A DNA stretch of 63,289 bases, filler included, from Atractiella rhizophila (Eukaryota): assembly GCA_021432655.1 (NCBI GenBank). It is 5 parts of 5 records of this genome, joined end to end, with 100 filler letters (N's around TTAATTAATTAA, not from the genome) between each part and the next. Parts side by side here need not be neighbours in the genome. Positions count along the whole stretch, not along the records: positions 1 to 14,595 come from MU271958.1; positions 14,696 to 29,257 come from MU271959.1; 3 more parts are not named here. One strand, given 5' to 3'. Shown here in pieces: positions 9,597 through 20,615 of the stretch. Below the pieces are notes generated by a model, which was not told where the DNA came from, made no database searches, and saw nothing but the letters and a program-made list of their open reading frames with translations. The position numbers and the translations under genes are program-made. Every line of letters starts with the position of its first letter. The stretch's first letter is position 1.

Positions 9597-10954
9597 CTAC
9601 AGCTCCAGATGTCCTCTTCCTCGGAGGAAGGATAAGTTCGACAGTGACGAGTGGGCGATACGCGAGCCAAAATCCGCCTGGATCATCATGAGTTTAGATG
9701 GCAAAGGGGACAATTGGGAGAAACGACCTTCGTGCGATATCCGCCACCTCAGTTTCTGGGATTCGTTATCCGACTCCTCTCGACCCTCCTCTAAGCTACG
9801 AGTGCGGTGAAGGTACGCGCTTAGACTGGATGGCGACCAGTCTTTAGCTTTCGTCTTGAGATCGTTCATCAACCTCCACCGGCGCACCTGTCACACAAAT
9901 GTAAAGTAAATAATGACCTCCGTCGACCCAAGAAGAATAAGAGAAGACGCACACGCGTCAAACCCATCCCGAGCGCGTTCAGGATGATGACCACGACCAA
10001 AAACACCTCAGCGGCAGCCAATAAACCCCGCTGCTCTCCCTTCTCAACGGCCAGACCGACGATCAACAGGATGGCGACCAAGTAGTCCAATAATTCACAA
10101 GCGGCCAACATCGCTCTCGTCCTCCTCAAATGCATCGGCGTGACCTCATTGAGGTACTGCACGTTCCTCGCCACCGCTGCTCTCGCTTCTACGCCCATTC
10201 CATCCTCCACTCCGACACCGAAAGAAGAAGAACCGACCCACGGCCAGTCGTCGCCCAACACCTCGCTGTCCCTCCGCCACAAAGCCCGAGCGAGCAACTT
10301 GGGCCGGTTCCAGCTGGAGACGCGGGAGAGCGAGGGATGGTACCTCCACCGGAGGGTGGCGAGCGGAGAAGAGCGGGAGACGGTGCGAGTGATGGGGAGC
10401 GAAGGGGAGTGTGACGAGTAAGCGGGTGGATGAGACGAGTGTTCATCCGCCGGAGTGGTAGGCGTCACTGAGGGGACGCCCCGAAGCGGGATCGAAGGCG
10501 GAGGGATCGGGACGGAGGGCTGAACCGAGGGGAGGGACTGAGAGGGAGGTTGAGGAGGAATGTATGGGTACGGAGACGCCCATGCTCGCTCAAGTCTTGA
10601 CATCGCTCGCTGCCTCTTTCCCGAGACTGGCACGTATGCCGGAGGTAGCTACGACCGCCAAAAAGGTTCCAGATATGGTGACGCTACGTCGCGCTACGTT
10701 ATGTTACTTTACTGAGAGCGAAAGAGACATCACAACGTGAATAGTAAGCAATATAGATGGTGGCACGACCAGCATAGCAAGAGTCATGATCAATGCCTTC
10801 ATCGGCAGTATCGACCACGAAGGAGTGAAGTTGTAGAAGGAAATCCTTGAGACATGAAGAGGAGGATGGGTTGCATCGGTGAGATGCTCTTCGTCAGCTT
10901 GAACGAGCAGATTCAGATTTGTTGAACTTGCCAGTGGAGGAAGACAAACGGCAT
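9597..10954 (-). CDS. Hypothetical multi-exon membrane protein
   Basis: 254-aa ORF 9869-10633 has a Pro-rich stretch and two hydrophobic helices (LLDYLVAILLIVGLAV; AAAEVFLVVVIILNALGMGL). Plausible upstream exons start from an ATG at 10954 and a downstream exon lies at 9597-9887. The exon structure is uncertain. Confidence 0.5.
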
Positions 10955-11083
10955 AGCTACCAAACCAACATAGCCTTAAACATCACCGCGCTCTGTGGGT
11001 TTTGTATTGCTGGAATATTTGTCTCCCCATTTACTCTACATTTACATATTATGAAACGGCTGTTTAAGCGCTGGAAGACAGAT

Positions 11084-12059
11084 TCAATTTTCTTTCCCGT
11101 ATCTTTCTCTCCACTCCCGCTGCAACAACCCTCTAAAATATCAAAGATGAGTTGGGATCTAAGAGAACTGGCGAATGGGGCTTGCATGCAGTGATAATCG
11201 TACCATTTTCCACCCACTGATCACGTACATCAGTACGCCGTTGCGAGTAATGATATATGTGCTCGAGTGGACTTACTGAAGATGCTTTCACGAAGTACTC
11301 CTTCAGTTTGAAACCCGCTATGCCAATGTGAGCAGGACGATTGGCTTTTGTAATCCACTCACATTGATGCATAAAGTTTTTTCGCTGGTTCATTCCAAGA
11401 AGCGACTCCGGATTCTATCTGAGAGTTCATCAGCGAGTGTCTCGGAGTGACTGTAAATCGGATACCTTGTGCAGGTTCAAATGCTGGAAACCTTTCTCGA
11501 GGAGCCATAGAAGGGCTTCTCTTCCGTAACCTTTTCCCTGCGACAACCCGTCAAAACCCGTCAAACCAGACTTGTGCAGAGGGATTGGAGGGAAGGTACT
11601 CGATAACTGAAGGCGAATCAGCTTCCGAAAATTCATGGCCAGTCAATGACGGACTTAGAACCGAGCATGATTGAAAACTTCGAGATGTTAGTGATACGCT
11701 GAGGCTCGTAAAGCGCCACGTAACCGATTACCTGTCCAGCTTTCGGCGTCTCCTCACCATTAGGATGAGTAGTGACAGCTGTGTCTGTGTGTGGAAGGCA
11801 AACGGCGACGAAGTACGGCGACTTGTCGAATCTTTTGAACGCTTCTTCCCACAACTCCTCAGTGGGTGGCCTATCAACATCGCGCATTTATTAGTGGCCG
11901 GATTCTCTATGCGGTCAAAAAAACGACGAGCTTAGATTCCCCCCATGTCGCGAGAAGGGCATGAGAATCGAAGATTTCGAGAAAGGTCTTGATGTCTTCT
12001 TTCCTGCAAGCCCGATAGACCAGACGCGCACTATAGAACTTCACTTGTGGAATCGACAT
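11084..12059 (-). CDS. GNAT (RimJ/RimL-like) N-acetyltransferase, copy 1, multi-exon
   Basis: Exons give MSIPQVKFYSARLVYRA, GQVIGYVAL, the acetyl-CoA motif QGKGYGREALLWLLEKGFQHLNLHK, GFKL, GKWYDYH and GLLQREWRERYGKEN*. Confidence 0.85.
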
Positions 12060-12408
12060 GTCTGTCCCTGGAGTTATTTCCCGCTCCACCGTTCCCTTCT
12101 CTGGGAGACTTTTATCGTGTCCTATACGCGCAGCCCTCACGGCTAACATCAATGCGAGTCATGATGCTGAGGCTTGCGGATATGAAATATCAATTTCTGT
12201 ATGGCAGACGCTCAGGAGGAGTGAGAGGAATTTTCCGGCAATTGAAAAGCATGACGACACGCGCCACTGCAGTCAAGGAAAGCCAGCTACAATTTTCTGG
12301 AAAGGGAAAAACAGAGGGCATTGTGCGTCTTAGGTTGGCTTCACGGTGTGTATATTTTTTGTCTATCCATTCATTTGCGTACATAGAATTTGTTGCCTCT
12401 ATGGAAAC

Positions 12409-13379
12409 TCAAATCAAATTTCTTTTTCTCCGTATCTTTCCCTCCACTCTCGCTCCAGCAACCCTCTAAAACAAGAGTGACTGGGGGTTCAGAAAGCAGT
12501 GGTAAACGGCGCTTACATATAGTGGCTGTCGTACCATTTGCCATCCACTAATTGTATAGATGAGTAACTTGCGAGTTATCACAACGTATGTATATGAAAT
12601 GACTTACTGAAGACACTTTCACGAATTACGCCTTCAGTTTGAAACCCACTATCACATTGTTAGCAGGATGATGAGTTGGTCATGCTTTGCTTACATTGAT
12701 GCGTAGAGTTTTTTCGCTGGTTCGTTCCAAGAGAAGACTTCGGATTCGATCTAGAACTACGTCAGCGAGTGGAAGTGAAGTTGTCGATACTTCCATACTT
12801 TGTGGAGGTTCAAATTCTGAAATCCTTGCTTGAAAAGCCAGAGAAGAGCCTCTCTCCCGTAACCCTTTCCCTATGACAACCTGTTATAGTGTCTGACTTG
12901 TGCAAAAGGAAGGACAAAGAACGCGATAGCTGAACAGTTATTAGCATCCTCAACAGAGTGAACTATGAAAGTCTGACTTTGTTCCGAGCATGACTGTAAA
13001 TCTCGATATTTTCGTGATAACTTGAGGTGCAGAAAGTGTCACGTAACCGATTACCTGTCCGGCTTTTGGTGTCCCGTCGTTACTCTGAGTAGTTGCTGCC
13101 GCGTCTGGAAGGCAGACAGCGATAAAGTATGGAGACTTCTCATGCCTCTTGTACGCTTCTTCCCACAACTCTTCAGTCGGTGCACTGTCAACACGCATAA
13201 AGCATGTTTCGATCAGTCTCTTTGCTCAGTGCTGCTAACAAAACGACTTGCTTTGGGTGTGCCCAAGTCGCGAGCAGCGCATGCGAATCAAAGATTGCGA
13301 GAAACGTTTTGACGTCCTCCTTCTTACATGCGCGATACACGAGGCGCTCGGTGTGGAACTTCACTTGAGGGATAGACAT
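12409..13379 (-). CDS. GNAT (RimJ/RimL-like) N-acetyltransferase, copy 2 (tandem paralog), multi-exon
   Basis: MSIPQVKFHTERLVYRA, GQVIGYVTL, GKGYGREALLWLFKQGFQNLNLHK, GKWYDSH and GLLEREW. Exon layout parallels copy 1. Confidence 0.85.
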
Positions 13380-13943
13380 GTGTACTACTGGGATATTTCT
13401 CGTTTAACGCTCTCTTTCTTTTATAATGACCCGCGCAGTTATGCGGGCACAATCAAAACGAGTCACATTGCAAGCCGACGATGCGCAAATGCTCAGATTG
13501 AAGGAATTTTCCGGCAGAAGAGGTACCCTTGTCACCACAAACGCGGATGTGGGCGGTCACGTCGAAAAGTCTGGAGGTACTTCCTCACCACATTTTTGGG
13601 GACCACTCATTCTGTCAGAATGGCTGAGCAAGGGCGTCATATATTCTATGTTCCCTCTTGAGTCAGATCTTGAAACTGAGTAGTTCGAAAGGAAAGGTTC
13701 GCCGCCTTTCTTTTACATTTGGAGGCAGGTGCCGCAAGTTGATGATGATCAAGCTCAGTCCTTTGGCTCTAAAGGCGAATTTGGAACAAAGTAGAGGCAA
13801 CAAGGACATGGACGAAGGGACTCGGATCCTTTGACGTGGTAGTCTTCAGTTTTGGAATTTGTTCCGCTAGAAACCCAGAAGCAATACTCTGCTTAAATGT
13901 CTTTACAATATAAAGATCATACTAATCAGTCCGTCAAGTATTA

Positions 13944-14016
13944 GCCCGGCTAGCTCAGTCGGTAGAGCATCAGACTCTTAATCTGAGTGTCGTGGATTCG
14001 AGCCCCACGTTGGGCG
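13944..14016 (+). tRNA. tRNA-Lys (anticodon CTT), intronless
   Basis: 73 nt, GCCCGGCTAGCTCAGTCGGTAGAGC...TCAGA-CT-CTT-AA-TCTGA...TTCGAGCCCCACGTTGGGCG. It folds as a cloverleaf and is followed by an oligo-T Pol III terminator. Position 53 is A instead of G. Confidence 0.93.
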
Positions 14017-14595
14017 TTATTTTTTGCCCGTCTTGCCGTTTTTTTTCACGTGTACATTGTTACAACACAGTTCAATGTTTGAAACGGGGACGTTCCCCAA
14101 CTTCTACGTATAAAGGAATGCCAACATGTTCACCTGCACGCAGCAGATGGAGATGTAATTTAGCGGCTTTATTCCGTCATCAGGCTGCGAGTTGGTTTCC
14201 TCTCAGTTTTTACGGGCTAGCTTCTTTCCAATAATAAATGTTTGCGTTGCGCCAGAGAGGAAATGAAAATCGTGAACAAAGGCGGAAAGAAAGCAACATA
14301 ATTTTGCGCCATCGTGGTGAGACTCTACGGGGCATCATGCGAGTAAGTTCGTAGGTTCGTGAAAAGGTTATGGACTGTCAAGGAGGCCTTGACCCAATTT
14401 TGGGAAGCCCAAAAATGGATCTCAGCCTCCAGTTGAGGGGGAGCTGGAAGCTGAATTGGGGGAGAGAGATCTCATCTTGACGACTTCACTCCCGAAGCGT
14501 CGTGAGCTATGAATAGCTGCCAGAGGGGTATAAAAGCTCAGGCTACTGAGGAACGTTTGATCCTGTCCAGCACCTTCCATCGATCGATACAATCT

Positions 14596-14695
14596 NNNNN
14601 NNNNNNNNNNNNNNNNNNNNNNNNNNNNNNNNNNNNNNNTTAATTAATTAANNNNNNNNNNNNNNNNNNNNNNNNNNNNNNNNNNNNNNNNNNNN
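14596..14695. other. Artificial 100-nt contig spacer (N44-TTAATTAATTAA-N44)
   Basis: N run with a linker giving stop codons in all six frames. The same structure occurs four times. Confidence 0.97.
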
Positions 14696-16796
14696 GATAA
14701 ACTACAGTAAAGCACGGTCTTGCACGATGCGGACGCGACATCACGAAGATATCACGAACATAGGATTTGGCTCGACGAGATCACATAGAAAGCGTTCTTA
14801 TCATTTCCATTCAGGAGTCAAGCACCAACCAGCTCCGTTTCTCAAGCCCGAAGTCTGTTATCTAACTTCCCTCTATCGCGAATTGCAAAATGATAGCCAC
14901 CTCCCTCGCATTGAAGATCGCTCTCATTGTCGCAGAAACGCTTATGCAAGCATAATCTTTCTCCTTTTTTCTTCGTAATCTCGTCCATTTTGAAAGTCCT
15001 CAGCTTTCAAACCTCAGATGGAGAAGATCTTAACGCAACAACCCATTTCTCCCCCGTGGACTCCAGGACCGGCACATCGGCATATCGTCAGTGATGTGCA
15101 CCAAGGCTGAAAGAACCCAGCGGTGTCGCCGAAACCTAGAAGCGACAAGTTCCGAAGTTCCAGCTCCTCTCAGCGCTCACACTTCTGGAGTGCTTTGTAG
15201 AAGTTCATCAAGTGGGTCGCGAAGGCTCTCGAGGGATAGATAGAGGATTTACTCGCTTGTGGAAGCTTTCCCAGCAGTCGCACAAGCACCCGAAAGATGA
15301 AGTTTCATGAGGGAGGATAATCCAAATCCTTCGCCAGCACGTGGCTAGTACTGGTAATGACAGGAAGTAATGTACCCGTCATCTTTTCCCACTCTGGACT
15401 ACATGCTAGACGTGTTACTGCCATTGACGAGAAGTAACATCGACTTCCTTATTCCTCTGTTGCCATCTCATCTATGTCAAGTAGTCTCCTTCAAAGGCCG
15501 GCTCCTAGCGACTCCAATTTATCCTTCCTAGACTACATAACACCGATCTGTCTGAAGCGATCCTAACATGGTTTAATGTGCGCAAAAGCACGGGACCTAG
15601 CCAAGTCCCATTATCGAAGACAAAATTCCCTTTAAATGTTTCAAAGCGGACACTGCTCCCAGGAGCTGGCTGCTCTAGGAAAGGACGCCAAAGCTCAAAA
15701 GTCTATTGTGACTCTCAAGAGCTCAATCTAGACTTCCCAACACATTCCTCGCGCGACATTCTAGACTGCCGTTTGCGTATGAAGGTCATTGCGCTGCTAC
15801 GAAGTGCCAGTCAACTTCGCAAACTGGTTTTCGAAACCCCTTCCCTTCCTCGTGGTAGCAAGGTGTTTACACCGCTTGGGGCATGTACCCGCCCAAGTGA
15901 CCTTCCAAAATCTGACATACTACCTAGTTCTCGAGAATGTGAGTGCAGTTGAAGCACGATGTCGTGAAATAGCTGCGGGTTCTAGGGGGCTACTGAAGAG
16001 TAGTCTGTCCTGGACTACCATATCGAAGACCTTGCTTCAAGCTTGATGTGCTGGCTGTAGTCTGCTAACACCTTCAAATTCCTTCTTGGATCCGCAGTCG
16101 CGCTTTGTCCGCGTTCTCGTTGTGAAAGCAAAACTGAGCAGCCCTGCTTCGTTTTTGAGAGAGAATAGATTTAAGCTGAATGGGGTTACAAGAGAGAAGG
16201 ATCCATATTTTGGCCAGCTGCATCTTTCTAGCCCATTGACAACTGAACTTGAGTGTTGAACCCCTTCGGATTTGCTTAATGATGTATCAATGATAACACC
16301 GCTTCAGTAATGCTGGTTTTTCGAACATTTTGCAGTATGCAGTATCTACAGCTTCTCTGCACCACAAGAAAAGCTGCCTAAGTAAGCTATGACAGAAGCA
16401 AGAAGCTGGTAGAGACTAACGTCAGCCTTCGTGGGAAAAAACGAAGTTAACTGCCTGGAGAACCAAATTTACAAAGGGACCATCCGGAAACGCATTAGGC
16501 AACCATGAGGAGCAATCCACTCCAGCCAATCAAAAACCAAAAGTAGCTATTGATGCATCATTAATGTATCATTTAGCTGGCGAAGAAAGCAAAACATAAT
16601 TCATTTGTTGTTAGGAAATTGCGGTCGGAGATTGGTGGTTGCTTTTGCTCCGCCACGATCGCCTTCGCGTGGTCGGAAGAAGAGTCGATTCCTAAGATCG
16701 CCAATGCACGCCAATGCTGTGAAGGCCTTATAAACGGCATCCTGTCTTTTCATTTCTCGCCTTTGCTTTGGGACCGAACATCTGGGGAACGTTGTA

Positions 16797-18636
16797 ATGC
16801 TGGGACTGCGCGAGGATTTCAAGGCAGAGATGTGGTTGGAGAAGAGGCAAGGTGGGTTCAACTTCTTATACATGTTTCGTGTCCTGCTGTCCTGCTGCTT
16901 GAGCGTGACAGTGCAGACTCCTGGTTCGTCTGTGATGTTTGCTCTTTGGTTGCATACCCAAAGTTCTCAGTTCCCAGGTCAAGAACTAAGAAGCTGGTAA
17001 CACAGATCCATCAGGCTCAGCTGATTCCACAGCTGATTCTCCTGCCAACTCTCCTTCCCCTGACTCAGTAGATACACCAGATTCGAGCCCAAAGCCCTCG
17101 CCGGACTCTGCTGAATTGCCAGACTCGAGTCCCGATTCATCGCCCGACTCGAAGACGCCAGATTCTACCCCGACGCCAGGTCCCAGCAACGACGGCCCAG
17201 GGACGAGTGACATTCCCTCGCCGCGTCCTACTCCAACGTCATCCTCCACAGATCCCACGTCTGAACAGGAGCAAACGCCTACGCCGCCAGGTGGGATTTT
17301 CACTAGCACGAACATGAATGGGAGCGAGACTGAGTCCTCTGCAACAGGTGGTGGTGCGTCTTCGACTTCTGAACGCGCGAGCGAGACCGCTGACGATTTC
17401 TCGACTTCGACTGCTTTCAATTCGCCTGTTCCGACCGATCCAACTTCTGTATATACTCCGTCTTCGCCCTCGGTTGATATCACTATCCTTTCTTCATCCT
17501 CGTCCACATTAACTTCATTGGATTCTATTTCGACTTTCTCAACTTCGTCTGGTATTGATACCTCGACATTTACAACTTCGGCAACATTTTACGAAACTCT
17601 AACTGGCTCCTTTGCCTCCTCAACTTTGCTTAATTCATCATCATCGACTTCATTCACGCTCTCCACTACCTCTTCTCTGAACCCTACGACAACCGCTTTT
17701 AACGTGTCTTCTACGATTCTGCCTCCTATCAACGTAGCGACGACGCTGAACACGTCTGATCCCAGTTCTTCGTTCTCCAGCACCTCCATATCGTCGATCA
17801 CCTCCTCAGCTAACATCACTCTCACAACGACTACCGTGAGCTCCTCCAGCACCACGCAATACACTACCTCTACCTCGTCCGCAAATTCGATCTTCTCCAA
17901 CTCCACCTCGTTTCCAACCAGCATCGCGACCAACGTTTTCCTCCCTGTAAACACATCTGCAGGAACCACCAACACCGATTCAGACTGGACAACTCGACCT
18001 ACTACCTTCCTCAATGGCATCCCAACCGAGTCCTGGCCTTCCGCTTTTACCTCTACATCGACAACCGATGGTTCCGTGAAGGGTGGAGTGTTGACCACTT
18101 TTTACGCTACTACAGTGACCGGAGTCCCTACTGTGTATGTCACTCATATTTTTGCTGCAGTCTGACTTGATGACATGACTTCACTAGTGTGGAGTCGACG
18201 GAGCAACTACCAGGAGGTGGACAGACTGTGGTAGATTTTACGACGTCTACATGGGTAAGTCTTCCGCTGCCATTGACGGCTCTTATTAACCTAACCAAAG
18301 GTGTCGACCGTCCTCCCCTTCGTTGGCACCGTCGCGCCTGTTCGAGGTGGTCTTTCACAAAACAAAGATTCATTCTGGGACAACAAAGGTGCCGTCGCTG
18401 GCGTCTTTACAGCAGTTGGAATAGTCGTTCTTGCTCTGATTGGCGGAGGAATTTATTTCGGGAAGCGATATCGAGATCGTGGAAAGTTATATAAGCGTTC
18501 AGGCAGGGGATTAGAGGACGAAGAAAATGAGAACACAGGGACGAGTTATAACGAAACCCGGCCGCTTATGAGCGCAGTACCGTCAGGTGGGAAGGGAGGG
18601 TACGCACCAGTTGTCAATGGCTTTAATGAGGGCTAG
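16797..18636 (+). CDS. Ser/Thr-rich single-pass cell-surface protein (Mid2/mucin-like), multi-exon
   Basis: Long S/T/P/D-rich ectodomain (17116-18165), then FWDNKGAVAGVFTAVGIVVLALIGGGIYF as a TM helix, a basic stop-transfer segment and a short cytoplasmic tail. The start is uncertain; an LEKRQ motif lies near 16837. Confidence 0.8.
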
Positions 18637-20615
18637 ATGTTACGGTTTCTTAATCTGCTTTGTAGCCAACTTTTATGCGTCAGGTATATTAACTTATGTG
18701 GATTTCAGGATAATACATGCTCCCCGAGCATCTTTTTGATTGCCTCCCATGTTGTTTTGGCGTCCCGCAAGCCATAAATATGTTCTTTTGTGGCAAAATT
18801 GAGAAGATTGATGAACATTATAAGTTGGTATGGATAAGGTGACCTCGATCCAACCACATGTAGTTCACAAGTTGACCTAAAGAATGTTCTCTTTCTGGTT
18901 ATGGTCGCTTGAAATTTCCTTTCCTCCTCCCAATGCGTTCTTCAATTTGTCACTATCCTCCTAACTTCATCATTCGAATGACTTCTGTTGATAAACGTCG
19001 CATCTCCTTTACATCTGAAGTCTTGAGAGTTGACTCTGACAATACCTTCTTACTCTTCCATTTCCGATCCTCTTTGTTGCGCCCTGAAAGCACCGCAGTG
19101 TCCTCATTGGAATCATTCTGGGACAGTACATAGTGCAGCGAATTACGTTTACTTTTGATGGCATCTAGTGGAGAGTGTTATAAGGTCCTTTGACACGAAG
19201 AGGTTCAACGCCGAAGGTGGAAGAGGACTCACTGCTATCGTGGGTCCTCCTGGGAGCCTCGCGCACTTGACGCTTCCATCGTGGTGGGCCACATTCGCCT
19301 TTTGAACTGAATGGACGATGGTTTCATCACAACACACGCTGAGCGGCCTCGTCGCTCGGGGAGGTCACCTGACTCAGTTGTGAAAACATTATTTTTTCGT
19401 GTTTCAAATGGTCTTTGCTGTATACGTTTCGAAAGGCGCCGACACGCGTATGCTGGTGGTATACACAGAATTCGGAAGGGGTTGTTGTCAGGGTTGTTGT
19501 GGGCGGTGATATAAGCACTCAAAAGTACATGCATGAGTCATGGTCAAAACCCGTCGTGCTTTTTAGATACGGATTCATTGGAGCTGGTCGGCGATAAACC
19601 ACTGGAACAACAAGTGCCGAGACCTTCTATCATCTCGCCATTACTGAAAAGTCACTGAATCCTCACAGTGTCAATTGATGACACGCAAAGCGGGTAGCTG
19701 GGCTACTGCAACGGGGTAATCACGAATGGTGTCAGAACCTGGAAGCTGGAAGGTATTCTATATTGAGGCAGAGTCAATTGCGACAAGGTCATCCCTTATC
19801 TAGGTCCGTGTCTTGTGTGATAATGTCTTGGGAAGGTTCTACTCTGGGCAATTGCAAAGGAATTGTAATGCGTCTTTGGCATGGCACGGGTTATCTTTGA
19901 ATCATTAATATCGATCGTTGCTGTGAACTTGATCAAAAGGAATGAGGAAAATCACATTAACTACGCCTCCTCTCATGAAATCAGTAGAATGAGGCTCAAT
20001 TTAATACAATGCCCTGGAGCGCGCAGGATTGTAACACTGCATCGCAAATAGTATCACTTGCCCCAGCCTACCTGCTCGAGCCCATGCTCCGTACTCATAG
20101 AACGCTCAACAGCATGAGCTCTCCAGAAGTGAAGCGTACAAAATATTGTGCTGTGTTTATCTGAGCATTGATGGGAAGCTTTTTTCCTGAATTAAAAAGG
20201 CTGAACAAGAAAGTCCTGACGGCGACACATTTTCTTTTGGATACGGATGTAGCAGATTGTAGTGATTGCCTGTGCGCAAAGTTGGATCGTCGACAATGGC
20301 ACGCCAATGTTGTCTGACACAAAGGTGAGGCGGTGAAGCGCAAATAGAAACAAACATTCTTTGGTTGTCCAATACATGGTTTACTTGAAAGGGCTGTTCG
20401 GTATTCATTAGTGGAGAATTTACCCCTCTCCGTCTTTGAGCCGCTCATCGACGCCAGCGCCACAATGTTTGGGTCATCCATGATCAGCACGTCTTTTATG
20501 TCGTCGACGTCGCCGCCCCCACAAGATGACAAAAAGAGCGAGCTTGGCTTGAGTGTGCCCCCCCAAGGTCTTGCAGCTTTCACGTTACTCGTAATACTTG
20601 CGAAGTAGTGAAGAC

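Noticed and set aside
14640..14651. TTAATTAATTAA palindrome as a biological site
   Set aside because: It is embedded in N runs identically four times, so it is a synthetic stop linker.
14727..16260. Possible decayed LRR/F-box-like gene (LRSASQLRKLVF, FQNLTYYL)
   Set aside because: Short fragments with many stops; no consistent exon chain or diagnostic motif.
18909..20583. Short ORFs between the surface-protein gene and RdRP
   Set aside because: No motifs and no coherent splice model.
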